Positions 11,325-21,590 are shown, counted from the stretch's first letter. The stretch is DNA of 64,000 nucleotides from an uncultured Methanoregulaceae archaeon (GCA_963705255.1 OY970061.1:1632001-1696000), one strand, 5' to 3'. Notes: generated from the letters alone by a model not told the origin. Made by a program: numbers and translations.

Positions 11325-12173
11325 ATGGCCACGATCCTTGACGGCAAAAAGACTGCGGACCGGAAGCTTGCGGTCCTGAGGGAGAAGATCGAGGACTCCG
11401 GCCTCTCCCCCCACCTCGCCACGGTCATCGCCGGCACCGACCCGGCCTCCCAGATGTACGTGCGGATGAAGCACAAGGCCTGCGAGCAGGTCGGCATCAC
11501 GTCGGTGGGGATCACGCTTCCTGAAAACGCACCTACCAGGACTGTCGTGAATACGGTGCTGGAGCTGAACCGGGACGCGGACATCGACGGGATCCTCATC
11601 CAGCTGCCGCTTCCGGGCCAGGTGGATTCCGAACGGGTGATTGCCGCAGTCCACCCCGGGAAAGACGTGGACGGGTTCCACCCGGAGAACCTCGGGCTCC
11701 TCTTTTCCGGGAGACCGAGGTTCACCCCCTGCACGCCCACGGGGATCATGACCCTCCTCACAGAGTACAACATCCCGGTCGCGGGTTCCCGGGCTGTTGT
11801 CGTAGGCCGGAGCATCGACGTCGGGCGGCCGATGTCGGCCCTGCTCACCAATGCCGATGCGACCGTGACCGTCTGCCACAGCAAAACCAGAAACCTTGAG
11901 GAAGAGATCGGGCGGGCTGATATCCTCGTCTCTGCGATCGGCAAAGCGCATTTCATCACTCCCGCAATGGTCAGGCCCGGGGCGGTCGTGGTCGATGTGG
12001 GTATCAACCACTTGGACGGTAAGCTGGTCGGTGACGTGGACTTTGAGGCTGTCAAAGAGATCGCCTCGGCGATCACCCCGGTGCCGGGCGGCGTCGGCCC
12101 CATGACGATCGCCACATTAATGGAGAATACCTGCCGGGCGGCAAAGGAGCGGACATGCGATCGTGCGTTGTGA
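11325..12173 (+). CDS. folD: Methylene-THF dehydrogenase/cyclohydrolase
   Basis: [38 protein letters not shown]. Confidence 0.96.
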   Translation: MATILDGKKTADRKLAVLREKIEDSGLSPHLATVIAGTDPASQMYVRMKHKACEQVGITSVGITLPENAPTRTVVNTVLELNRDADIDGILIQLPLPGQVDSERVIAAVHPGKDVDGFHPENLGLLFSGRPRFTPCTPTGIMTLLTEYNIPVAGSRAVVVGRSIDVGRPMSALLTNADATVTVCHSKTRNLEEEIGRADILVSAIGKAHFITPAMVRPGAVVVDVGINHLDGKLVGDVDFEAVKEIASAITPVPGGVGPMTIATLMENTCRAAKERTCDRAL

Positions 12174-12967
12174 ACAAACTCATCATCGGGGGCGACGCGC
12201 CGCCACGGGTCATGGGCGTCATCAACTGCAGCCCGGAGTCCTTCTACCACGACTCGTTCATCCCGACAGCCGAGATCCATGCAAAAGCGGTCGAGATGGT
12301 GGAGGCAGGAGCGGATCTCCTCGATGTCGGGGCCCGGAGCACCGCCCCCAATGCCCAGGCGATCAGCGGTGCCGAGGAGGCGAGCCGGATCGATGCGGCC
12401 CTGAAGGAACTGGACGGAACCGGGTTCACGATCTCTGTTGACACCATGAACCCATGGGTGCTGGACGCATGCCTGAAGCACGAGATCCACGCGGTGAACG
12501 ACATAGCGGGTTTCTCTTCGGAAGCCTATGTCCGGCGCGTAGCGGACGCAGGACTGCCGGCCTTCGTGATGGCTGCAGACTACACGCCGGGCGATGCTGT
12601 CGGCCCCGATGCCACGGAGAAGACACTCGGGACCGTCGTCGCCCGGTGCGAGACCGCAGGGATCGACAACTACGTGCTCGACCCGGGTATCGGGATCTGG
12701 ACGCCATTCCGCTCTTATGACGACAACTGGGAACTCTGCCGGCACTTCGACCGTTTTACAAAATTCGACCGCCCGCTCCTTGCCGCAGTCTCCCGCAAGA
12801 GCTTCATCGGCAATCTCGTGAACCGGGAGCCCGAGGAGCGGCTCGCAGGCAGTCTCGCGGTCACCATCTTCCTTCTCCAGAAAGGCGCCGCCATCGTGCG
12901 GGCTCATGACGTGAAGGAGACCGTGGATGCCGTCAGGGTCTACAACCGGATGGTGAAGATGCCGTGA
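12155..12967 (+). CDS. folP: Dihydropteroate synthase
   Basis: [48 protein letters not shown]. Confidence 0.92.
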   Translation: MRSCVVNKLIIGGDAPPRVMGVINCSPESFYHDSFIPTAEIHAKAVEMVEAGADLLDVGARSTAPNAQAISGAEEASRIDAALKELDGTGFTISVDTMNPWVLDACLKHEIHAVNDIAGFSSEAYVRRVADAGLPAFVMAADYTPGDAVGPDATEKTLGTVVARCETAGIDNYVLDPGIGIWTPFRSYDDNWELCRHFDRFTKFDRPLLAAVSRKSFIGNLVNREPEERLAGSLAVTIFLLQKGAAIVRAHDVKETVDAVRVYNRMVKMP

Positions 12968-13740
12968 ACGCCTCATTTGAGGTGTTCGGGCTTTCCACGG
13001 GGCTCATCCGCAGCGGCGATCCCATTGCAGCACGCGTTCTTGAAGCAGCGGAGCGTGCGTGCGGCGGGTTTGAGGAGGGAGACATCCTCGTCCTTGCCGA
13101 GACAGCCGTTGCGACATCGGAGTCCAATATCATCGACCTCTCGGCAGTCACGCCCTCCGCGCGGGCGAAAGAACTCGGGGAGAAGTACCGCATGGACCCC
13201 CGCACCGTGGAAGTCGTCCTGCGGGAGAGCGATTCGGTTGTCGGGGGCATACCGGGGTTTCTCCTCTGCATGAAGGGAGGGACTCTCCTCCCGAATGCCG
13301 GGGTGGACGCCTCGAACGCCCCGCCCGGGTGCGTGACGCCCCTGCCGGCCGACCCGGACCTGAGTGCTGTCAGGATCCGGGCTGCGATAGAAGAGCAGTG
13401 CGGGGTGCACGTGGGGGTCATCATCGCGGACAGCCGCACCCATGCGATGCGCCTCGGGTGCAGCGGCGTTGCCATAGGATCTGCCGGCATCCCCTCGGTC
13501 ATCGATGACCGGGGCAGGAGCGACCTGTTCGGCCGGAAGCTCGAGGTGACCAAACGGGCGGTCGCGGACAACATCGCGTCCGCCGCCGAACTGGTGATGG
13601 GCGAGGCGGACGAGTGCATGCCGGCAGCAGTCATCCGCGGGATCGGCCTTCCCATCGGCGATTATCTCGGAGTGGAGACCATCGATGCCGATGAGTGCCT
13701 CTTCATGGGCGTGTTCGCCAAGAACCGGGTGCAGGAGTAA
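12964..13740 (+). CDS. cofE: CofE-family gamma-glutamyl ligase (F420-0:Glu ligase-like; possibly folylpolyglutamate synthase here)
   Basis: PNAGVDASN, LPADPD, GVIIADS, RSDLFGRKLEVTKRAVADNIASAAELVMGE; GTGA overlap with folP. Confidence 0.85.
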   Translation: MNASFEVFGLSTGLIRSGDPIAARVLEAAERACGGFEEGDILVLAETAVATSESNIIDLSAVTPSARAKELGEKYRMDPRTVEVVLRESDSVVGGIPGFLLCMKGGTLLPNAGVDASNAPPGCVTPLPADPDLSAVRIRAAIEEQCGVHVGVIIADSRTHAMRLGCSGVAIGSAGIPSVIDDRGRSDLFGRKLEVTKRAVADNIASAAELVMGEADECMPAAVIRGIGLPIGDYLGVETIDADECLFMGVFAKNRVQE

Positions 13741-13870
13741 GGTCTTCTTACGGTTTTGTGGCGCGGGTTCTCCTCAGGGGGATCCAGGATTCCCTGGTTT
13801 TTCTGATTCGCTTGAAACACACATGAAAGGATCGAGTTCCCCCGGAACCTTAAAAATCGTTCAGTTATGA

Positions 13871-14087
13871 GGGCTCCCGCCTCAGGGCCTCTCCGAGGAG
13901 TCAATCGTCGCGTAAGCGAGGATTGACTGGAGAAGAATCCGCAAGGATTCTTCGACTTGCTTCATCCTGTGCGGATGCAGCAAAGGAAGTTTGAAAAATA
14001 ACTTGCAGAATCTCATGAAAGATAAGGCACGGCGGGGCAAGGAGGTTGGACCGCCGCGGGGGCGCCCCGTCGGGGGCGGCGGCGTTC
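13871..14087 (+). repeat. Intergenic repeat carrying a nested 126-bp hairpin block (mosaic element, locus 2)
   Basis: 13876-13898 is the exact reverse complement of 36887-36909; homology resumes at 14025; the insert holds hairpins with GTAA and GCAA loops. Confidence 0.75.
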
Positions 14088-14336
14088 ATCGCAATGATTA
14101 AAAGAGGGCTCATCTCCTGTGATATCTGAATAAGATGATTTTCATTGGAAATCCGATGAACATCAGCCTGAAAGCCGGTTTCGGGTAGCGTGCGGAAGCG
14201 GGGGTGCCATATATCTCCTTCATGCGGATATGAATGCAGGCCCGGATACGGGCCACCCGTCGCGTCGCATAAAGTATAATATCCGGCGTGTGGGTAATTC
14301 TATATCGGCTCGCCATTAAAACTGGAGAATTCTCTT

Positions 14337-16319
14337 ATGGACCTGCTGCTTGCCAGTGTAAGTATTCTGACGCTCGCTATTGCCCTCCTGTATATTGGCC
14401 AGCGCCTCAGAATTCCAAGCATTGTCACCTTTCTCATCATCGGCATGCTGGTCGGGCCATATGGGTTTAGGCTCATCACCAACCAGGACGCCATCGACAC
14501 CTTCGGCACTATCGGGATTGTGCTGCTCCTCTTCACGATCGGTCTTGAATTCTCGTTCCAGAAACTGCTGCGCTCGTGGCGGACGGTGATCATCGGCGGG
14601 ATAGTCCAGGTCTGCACCACGATCGTTGCAATCACCCTCATCTCCGCGTACTTCGGCATGCCTCCCAACGAGGCCCTGATCTTCGGTTTCATCGTCTCCC
14701 TGTCGAGCACTGCCATCGTCATGAAGATCCTCCAGGAGAAAGGCGAGGTGGATACCCTCCATGGCCGTACTCTCCTTGGGATCCTGATATTCCAGGACCT
14801 TGCCATCATCCCGATGATACTTATCGCCCCCCTCCTCGTGGGAAGCGGGGGTCCCGATCTGGATGCGCTCCCCCTCCAGGTGGGAAAAGTCGCCCTTATC
14901 ATCCTTGTCATCATCATCATGGCCCGCTGGGTGATCCCTGCCTTCCTCTTCCGGGTTGCCCGGGAGAAGAACCGCGAGCTCTTCCTGATCACCCTTCTCG
15001 GCACCTGTATCCTCATCGCGTGGCTGACAAGCGAAGCCGGGCTCTCGTTCACGCTTGGGGCCTTCATCGCCGGTCTCATCATCGGTGAGTCCGATTACAA
15101 TATTGATGCACTGGGCCACATCATCCCGTTCCGTGACGTCTTTGCAAGCATCTTCTTCCTCTCCATAGGAATGCTTCTCAATACGCGGACCGTCTTTGTC
15201 AATTTCTATTATGTCGCCATGATCGTGGTCATCATAATCGCGGTAAAGATCCTGACCGGCGTGACCGCGGCAGCCATACTCGGGATGCCGGCCAGGATCT
15301 GCGTCTTCACCGGCCTCGCGCTCTGCCAGATCGGAGAGTTTTCTTTTGTCCTTGCAAAGAACGGGCTCGATACCGCGCTCATACCGGAAGGGGTCTACCA
15401 GGTCTTCCTTGCCGGGGCTATCATAACCATGGCCCTGACCCCCTTTGCCATAAAGGTCTCACCATGGGTGGTTGACCTCCTGTACCGGATCGCGCCGGGC
15501 CGGATTTCCCGTGGCAGAGAGGAGCCGGAAACGGAGGGGGAAGAAGAACTCTCCGATCACATCGTCATTGCCGGCTACGGGATTACCGGTAAGAGCGTTG
15601 CCCGGGCAGCCACGATTGCCGGCATTCCCTACATGGTCATTGAGCTGAACCCTGAGATCATCCGGCAGGAACGATCGACCTTCCGCCCCCATTTCATGTT
15701 CGGGGATGCAGTCCAGGCAGAAGTACTGGAGCATGCCGGCATCCGCCGTGCCCGGACACTGGTCATCGCGGTCTCCGAGGAGGAGGCCATACCGAGGATT
15801 ATTCATACCGCACGGCAGCTTGCGCCTGACCTGCACATTCTTGCCCGGACACGGCACGTGCGGCGTGCCCGCTACCTGCTGGAACTGGGTGCTGACGAGA
15901 TCATCTCGGAAGAGTTCGAGGCTGCGCTTGAGATCTTTTCCCGGGCGCTCAAGAAGTACCAGCTTCCGGACGAAGAGATCGGCTACATTATCAAACGGAC
16001 AAAAGAACTGGGTACCACCCTGTTCACGAAGAGTGCCGATGGCGAGGCGCAACTGGAAGATCCAAAGATCATCTTCCACGATCGGCACGTGCACACATTC
16101 CGCATCGAACCCGGGTCTGAATCGGAAGGAAAAACCCTCGGTGAACTGGAACTCCCTGCCCGTTTTGGCATCGCGGATGTCGGGATTCGCAGCGAAGGAA
16201 AGATTACACGACGGATCCAGCCCTCCCGTGCGTTGCAGGCAGGAGAGGTCCTCATCACCTTCGTAACGGACGAGACCGCCAGGGAACTGGCCCCTCTGTT
16301 TGCGAAGAAAAAACAGTGA
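14337..16319 (+). CDS. Kef-type cation:proton antiporter (CPA2) with RCK-N and RCK-C domains
   Basis: LLFTIGLEFS, SLSSTAIV, LIFQDLA, QIGEFSFVLA; HIVIAGYGITG RCK-N; C-terminal EGKTLGELEL. Confidence 0.92.
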   Translation: MDLLLASVSILTLAIALLYIGQRLRIPSIVTFLIIGMLVGPYGFRLITNQDAIDTFGTIGIVLLLFTIGLEFSFQKLLRSWRTVIIGGIVQVCTTIVAITLISAYFGMPPNEALIFGFIVSLSSTAIVMKILQEKGEVDTLHGRTLLGILIFQDLAIIPMILIAPLLVGSGGPDLDALPLQVGKVALIILVIIIMARWVIPAFLFRVAREKNRELFLITLLGTCILIAWLTSEAGLSFTLGAFIAGLIIGESDYNIDALGHIIPFRDVFASIFFLSIGMLLNTRTVFVNFYYVAMIVVIIIAVKILTGVTAAAILGMPARICVFTGLALCQIGEFSFVLAKNGLDTALIPEGVYQVFLAGAIITMALTPFAIKVSPWVVDLLYRIAPGRISRGREEPETEGEEELSDHIVIAGYGITGKSVARAATIAGIPYMVIELNPEIIRQERSTFRPHFMFGDAVQAEVLEHAGIRRARTLVIAVSEEEAIPRIIHTARQLAPDLHILARTRHVRRARYLLELGADEIISEEFEAALEIFSRALKKYQLPDEEIGYIIKRTKELGTTLFTKSADGEAQLEDPKIIFHDRHVHTFRIEPGSESEGKTLGELELPARFGIADVGIRSEGKITRRIQPSRALQAGEVLITFVTDETARELAPLFAKKKQ

Positions 16320-16464
16320 TGGTGCACCGTTACGGGAATGAGGGGAGAGAGATACGTGCATGAACTCCATGGAACAGGTGCTGCCACCATCCCTGCCGGG
16401 ACAGATCCGCAAGAGGTATCAGGAAAGAGCGAGAGATGATGGCGTACCGGGAGCGGGATCTGAA

Positions 16465-16890
16465 ATGACAGCAGGACTTTTTGGAACGATCCTCGTCGCA
16501 ACGGACGGATCGGAGAAGAACCGGGCAGCAGTGGAGGAAGCACTCCGGATCGGCAGGACCTCCGGGTAGACCGTCCACGCGGTCTACGTGGCCGACACCC
16601 TCGATTCGGCATCAGCGGACGTCGTCATCAGGGACACGTGGGAGCTGTTGCAGCGCGAGGGAGAGCAGGCGCTGGAGCGGGTCCGGGGCATGGCAGGCGG
16701 TGTACAGCTCGAGACCGTGATCCTCGAGGGAAAACCTGCGGCAGAGATCGTGAAGTATGCCGGGGAGAAGGGGATCGACCTCATCGTGATCGGCACGCAG
16801 GGAAAGCGGGGGATCGAGCGTATCCTCCTCGGGAGTGTTGCGGAGAGCATCATCCGGACCGCACCCTGCAAGATCCTCGTGGTAAAATAA
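16465..16890 (+). pseudogene. Universal stress protein with in-frame TAG at 16567-16569
   Basis: ILVATDGS...RTSG*TVHAVYV...DLIVIGTQGKRGIERILLGSVAESII reads in one frame across the stop. Confidence 0.8.
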
Positions 16891-16905
16891 TGAGGAGCGG
16901 ACGGA

Positions 16906-17301
16906 CTACCTTCTCCGCCTCTTCGCAAACGCGATCTTGTCTTCGAGGGCCTTCATCTTCCCGCTGATGAGGCCGGGCTGTGCACGGTCCTCCCTGAGCG
17001 ACGCGATCTCTGCAAAGTCCCGGATCATGTCTGTCTTTTCCGGGTCGGTAAAATCTTCCTGGGATATCCGGTCCATGAACTCGGCTTCCCCGTCAATCGC
17101 CCTGTCGGGCCTCGGGTAGCACACGCGGAACTTTGAGCGGCAGTACCGGCACCGGGTATCGTAGCGCCCTTCATTCCGTTCTCCCCGGGTGAGGATCCTG
17201 AAGTTCAGGCCTTCACAGTCCGGGCATTTCCATTCGAGGGTCAGGGCTTTCAGCGTCCCTGCAGTATCGTGCCTGAAGAACCTGTCGAGCATCAGTGCCA
17301 C
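16906..17301 (-). CDS. Hypothetical zinc-ribbon protein
   Basis: CPDC...CRYC pairs followed by a helical C-terminus; start codon uncertain. Confidence 0.7.
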   Translation of the reverse strand: MALMLDRFFRHDTAGTLKALTLEWKCPDCEGLNFRILTRGERNEGRYDTRCRYCRSKFRVCYPRPDRAIDGEAEFMDRISQEDFTDPEKTDMIRDFAEIASLREDRAQPGLISGKMKALEDKIAFAKRRRR

Positions 17302-17432
17302 CGCTTCATTCCGGATTACTCAACGGTTTGCTCCGGGAGCCTCATTAATCCTGTGTCAGAGGCAAAAGGGGATGATCTCTCCGATCCGGGATACGGTGTC
17401 CCGCGCGGCCCGGGTGAACGGAGGGCGTGAGT

Positions 17433-18141
17433 TCAGTGATTTTCCCCGATATTTTCGAGAGCTTTCTTCGCGGCCGCCTGTCTCGATTCGGTAGTGTTTT
17501 TTCCGGTACCCCTGAATTCCTGACCGTTGTCAAGAATGACCCGGGAATGCCAGGTGGGGTCGTTGTCCGGACCTTCAGGACTGTCCTCATATCGAGGGGT
17601 GGTCCGGTGCAGTTTCTGGAAATGTTCCTGCAGGATACCGACCGCGTTCTGGTCCGGTGCGGAGGTACTGATGGCATCCCCCATGATCGCGTTGATGAAG
17701 AAGGCGACTTCATCAATCCCGGCCTCGCAGTACAATGCACCGATAAACGCTTCGAATGCCCCGCCGGTCACGCGCTCCCCGTACGTCTTCTGCTGCGCGA
17801 TGGATTCGGGGATGAGCCGGGCAAAGGTGTCGCCGTACTGGCGGGTCAGGCCACCAAGCGCCCGGTTTGATACCACGGAACTCAGGATCCGGGTCATCTC
17901 GCCCTCGCTGAGCACGGAATCCCGCTGGGTAAAAAGGGTCTGCGCGACGATCAGGTTCAGGACACGGTCGCCAAGGAACTCATAGCGCTGCCATTCCTCC
18001 TTTGTTATGTCCCACTGCTCCCTGCCCGGCACCCCATACGCGGCGTTGAACCGGGTGACAAAAGGTACTGACTATGCGGGGGACATCGGGACGGGAAGAG
18101 CGGAGGAGTTCGATCAGCGAGAGTCGGGGCGGGTCACTCAT
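17433..18141 (-). CDS. rnc: Ribonuclease III-family protein with C-terminal dsRBD (probable N-terminal frameshift near 18062)
   Basis: QRYEFLGDRVLNLIVA (ERLEFLGD signature), AFEAFIGALY, dsRBD LQEHFQK...PRYE...GTGKNTTESRQAAAKKAL; ORF track start 18032, upstream ATG at 18141 in another frame. Confidence 0.82.
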
Positions 18142-18173
18142 GTGTTGCCATTCCGTCGAATATCCTGATAATC

Positions 18174-18802
18174 CTATCGTTTCCTGACAACGCCAACCCG
18201 CCCTTTCTCGACCGAGAGGGAAAAACCGAGCCCTTCAAGATATTCCCGGCTCTTTCCCGTACCGTGGATCAACAGACTCGGCAAGGTCCTCCTCCTCGTC
18301 GATGTCCGTGTGGAGCCGGAACGAATCGATGACGTCGACCGAGAGGCCGGCTTCCTCAGCGATCTTCATGTGCTTTAAGAAACTGGTCCCGTAATAATCG
18401 ACATGGAACTTTGTTGGTTCCCGGATGTAGATCACGTTGGTGCCGCCGCCGCGTCCCGGCACGATGGCCATATCCTTCTTGGTCGAGACAACCCGCCGTA
18501 TGGACTCGGCGTCGGCCAGCGGCAGGTCGGCCATGATGATCAGGCTGTCCGTGACCGACTGGGGGAGGATGGCATTCAGCGTCCCGTTCAGGTCGGTATC
18601 CAGGATGGTGACCTGGACGTCTTCGCTGTCGAAAAGCTCCGAACATACGAGGACCGGGCTGCACATGGCATCTTTTGCCGCGGCTTTCACATCCTCGAGC
18701 ATCACCCGTGCAAACTGCTCCCGCTCCTCTTGGCTGAGGACAGACTGAAAGACGGGTCTTCGGGTTTCTGGGTTTGAACGGGATGAGGGCCGGAGGACAC
18801 AT
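18174..18802 (-). CDS. cofC: 2-phospho-L-lactate guanylyltransferase (two frameshifts)
   Basis: ALIPFKPRNPKTRLS, MLEDV, IIMADLPL, PGRGGGTN, DIDEEEDL across frames. Confidence 0.85.
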
Positions 18803-18909
18803 GGTATACCGAGGTATGCCGGCCGATAAAAAAAAGGTGCTGATATGGATGCAGCGGGCGGGGGATGGAGAAGATCGCGGTGATGACCGACTCCTGTCGT
18901 ACTCCCGGT

Positions 18910-19710
18910 TCACGCCGCCGTCTGCAGGTCCCCGCCATCCATCCGGAACATCCCCTCCGGTATGCGGATCTCGAACCGGGCGCCCTTTCCCGGCTCACCG
19001 CTCTCTTCGATGGTCATGCCGGTCACGGCAAGGACCTCGCGGACCAGGAAGAGCCCCCAGCCGGTCCCTTTCCCGTACCCGCGTTCGAAGATCTTCACTT
19101 TTTCTCCGGCGGGGATGCCGGCCCCGTTGTCTTCCACGGTCATGACCGCGCCGGGCCCTTCTCTGCGGAGGGTGATGCGGATCTCGGTCGCACCGCTGCC
19201 GTACCGGAAGGTGTTGTCGATCAGGTTGGAGAGTGCCCTGCCAAGAAGGGGGTCGGCGTACACTGCAGCGTCACCGCTCTCGCAGGTTATCCGTATCGCA
19301 GTGGCGTCGAACTCTTCCCTGACGCGGGAGACGGTATTCTTCAGGTGCTGCCAGCGGGGGGGTTCCGTCGCGAGGTTCTGGTAGTCCTTGGCAAACTGGA
19401 ACTGGCGGCGGATCTTGTCGATGGCCTGCCGCTCCTTCTCGAGGAACGATCTGACCTTAGGGTCCTCGACCATCATCGCCAGCAGTTCGTTGTACCCCAG
19501 GACTGCGGTCAGCTGGTTGAGGACATCGTGCCGGGTGATGCTCCCGACCAGCTGGAGTTTCTTCTGTAAGAAAGCGATCTCTCCCCTGAGCCGCGCATTC
19601 TCTGCCTCCGGCGTGACCGGCTGCCCGCTGCCGCCTCCTGCCGGATCCGCTTCCTGACTCCTGCGATCTCCCAAAGACGTACACCTCCCGGATACCGTGT
19701 GGCAGAACAA
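18910..19710 (-). CDS. Histidine kinase (DHp + HATPase_c) without obvious sensor domain
   Basis: ITRHDVLNQLT H-box, NLIDNTFRYG N-box, VEDNGAGI, IFERGYG, GWGLFL, GARFEI; true start uncertain. Confidence 0.85.
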   Translation of the reverse strand: MFCHTVSGRCTSLGDRRSQEADPAGGGSGQPVTPEAENARLRGEIAFLQKKLQLVGSITRHDVLNQLTAVLGYNELLAMMVEDPKVRSFLEKERQAIDKIRRQFQFAKDYQNLATEPPRWQHLKNTVSRVREEFDATAIRITCESGDAAVYADPLLGRALSNLIDNTFRYGSGATEIRITLRREGPGAVMTVEDNGAGIPAGEKVKIFERGYGKGTGWGLFLVREVLAVTGMTIEESGEPGKGARFEIRIPEGMFRMDGGDLQTAA

Positions 19711-19842
19711 CCTGTCCTGTCTGGAATGGTGAACGTTGATCCGCCCGGCTCTTTATGCTTGCCCTCTGCCCGTGCAGCGGCAGGCCTGCGACCTCTGCAC
19801 AGAGCATTAACCTTCAATAGATACAAAAGAGAACCTCTCTCC

Positions 19843-20832
19843 ATGCACCACCGCACGATCACCTTCTCGCGGAACGTATTCCTCCCCCTCACCACGGTCT
19901 GCAGGAACCGCTGCGGCTACTGCTGTTTCCGCACGCCGGTGCAGGAAGGCTGTATCCTGCCGCAGGAGGACGTCGAGCGGACGCTCCGGGCCGGGGCTGC
20001 GCTGGGGTGCACCGAGGCCCTCTTCACCTTTGGCGAACGCCCGGAAGAAGAACCGGGTTTTCTGGAAATGCTCCGTCCGCTTGGCTATACAACGATTCTT
20101 GATTACTGCGAGGCCATGTGCAGGAAAAGCATCGGGTACGGCGTCCTCCCGCACACCAATGCGGGCATCCTGACGTACGGGGAACTCGAGCGGCTGCGTG
20201 AGGTGAACGCGAGCATGGGCCTGATGCTCGAGACCACCGCGGAGATACCGGCGCACGCGACATCAACGGGAAAGGACCCAGCAACCCGCCTGGCCATGAT
20301 GGAAGATGCGGGAAAGCTCCGGATACCGTTCTCGACCGGCCTTCTCCTCGGGATCGGGGAGACGATGGCAGACCGGGAGGACTCGCTCCTCGCGATCCGG
20401 GACCTCCACAAACGATACGGCCATATCCAGGAAGTGATCCTCCAGAACTTCTGCCCGAAGCCGGGAACCCCGCTTGCGGGGGCACCCGTGCCGCGGACCG
20501 ATGAGATCTGTGCAGCGATCCGCCTGGCGCGGGATATTCTCCAGCCGGAGATTGCCATCCAGATCCCGCCGAACCTCACCGACGCGTCCCTGCTCATCTC
20601 CTGCGGGGTCGACGACCTCGGCGGCGTCTCCCCGCTCACCATCGATTACGTGAACCCCGAGCACCCGTGGCCTGCACTGGAAGAGCTGAAAACGATCGCG
20701 GGCGGTGCAGAACTCAGGGAACGGCTCTGCATCTATCCCCGGTACATCGAACGCGGCTGGTACCCTGCGGATTTGCAACCCCTAATAAACCGGCTCGGAC
20801 AAACAGTTAAGGCAAGGAGCAGTGTACGGTGA
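19843..20832 (+). CDS. cofG: FO synthase subunit 1 (radical SAM)
   Basis: ITFSRNVFLPLTTVCRNRCGYC, LPHTNAG, SMGLMLE, IQIPPNL, DDLGGVSPLTIDYVNPE. Confidence 0.95.
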   Translation: MHHRTITFSRNVFLPLTTVCRNRCGYCCFRTPVQEGCILPQEDVERTLRAGAALGCTEALFTFGERPEEEPGFLEMLRPLGYTTILDYCEAMCRKSIGYGVLPHTNAGILTYGELERLREVNASMGLMLETTAEIPAHATSTGKDPATRLAMMEDAGKLRIPFSTGLLLGIGETMADREDSLLAIRDLHKRYGHIQEVILQNFCPKPGTPLAGAPVPRTDEICAAIRLARDILQPEIAIQIPPNLTDASLLISCGVDDLGGVSPLTIDYVNPEHPWPALEELKTIAGGAELRERLCIYPRYIERGWYPADLQPLINRLGQTVKARSSVR

Positions 20833-21590
20833 AGCAGAAGGGACTCCTCTATACCGGCAAGGCAAAATCGGTCTACCGGACGGATGTGAAGGGAAGACTG
20901 ATCGTTGAATTCCGGGACGACATCACCGCGTTTGACGGCGGGAAGAAGGACGTCCTGGAGAACAAGGGCAGCTGCAATGCAGAGGTCTCGGCCTTCATCT
21001 TCGAGTACCTGGAAAAGAACGGCGTGAAGACGCATTTTGTCACCATGCTCGATCCAAAAAGGATGGTCGTGCGCGAACTCTGCATGATCCCCCTCGAGGT
21101 GATCGTGCGGAACGTCGCTGCCGGGTCCATTGTCCGGAACTACCCGTTTGTGGAGGGGGCAAAACTCAGCCCCCCGGTCATCGTAATCGACTACAAGGAC
21201 GACTCGCGGCACGACCCGATGCTCAACGACGACCTGATCGTGGCGCTCAGGCTCGCGACCCCGCACGAGCTTGAGAAGATCAAAAAGACCGCGCTCGGGA
21301 TCAACCGGCTGCTCGTACAACTCCTTGCGTTGCAGGGGATCACCCTTGTGGACTTCAAGATGGAGTTCGGGAGGGCGGGCAGGACGATCTACCTCGGCGA
21401 CGAGATCAGCATGGACTCGATGCGCCTCTGGGACAGGAAGACCGGTGAGTCGCTGGACAAGGACGTGTACCGATTCAGCAAGGGGGACGTAATGGCCACC
21501 TACGACCGGGTGGCCGGCAGGATCACAAAAAAGATGGTCGTAAAGGCCAAACCTGCAAAGGCGGAGCCGGAGCGGGCACCAAGACGTTGA
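20829..21590 (+). CDS. purC: SAICAR synthetase
   Basis: LYTGKAK, FRDDITAFDG, IPLEVIVRN, LVDFKMEFG, DEISMDSMRLWD, LDKDVYR. Confidence 0.96.
   Translation: MKQKGLLYTGKAKSVYRTDVKGRLIVEFRDDITAFDGGKKDVLENKGSCNAEVSAFIFEYLEKNGVKTHFVTMLDPKRMVVRELCMIPLEVIVRNVAAGSIVRNYPFVEGAKLSPPVIVIDYKDDSRHDPMLNDDLIVALRLATPHELEKIKKTALGINRLLVQLLALQGITLVDFKMEFGRAGRTIYLGDEISMDSMRLWDRKTGESLDKDVYRFSKGDVMATYDRVAGRITKKMVVKAKPAKAEPERAPRR

Noticed and set aside
5747-13655. Long antisense or alternate-frame ORFs (e.g. 5747-7567 +, 7690-9156 +, 10703-12976 -)
   Set aside because: Shadows of real GC-rich genes on the opposite strand; no motifs. The same applies to similar ORFs throughout the window.
13899-14024. SRP RNA, RNase P RNA or HEARO/omega RNA
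   Set aside because: SRP and RNase P conserved motifs were not seen. The GTCAAT...ATTGAC stem only loosely recalls HEARO 5' ends, and no IscB/TnpB gene is adjacent.
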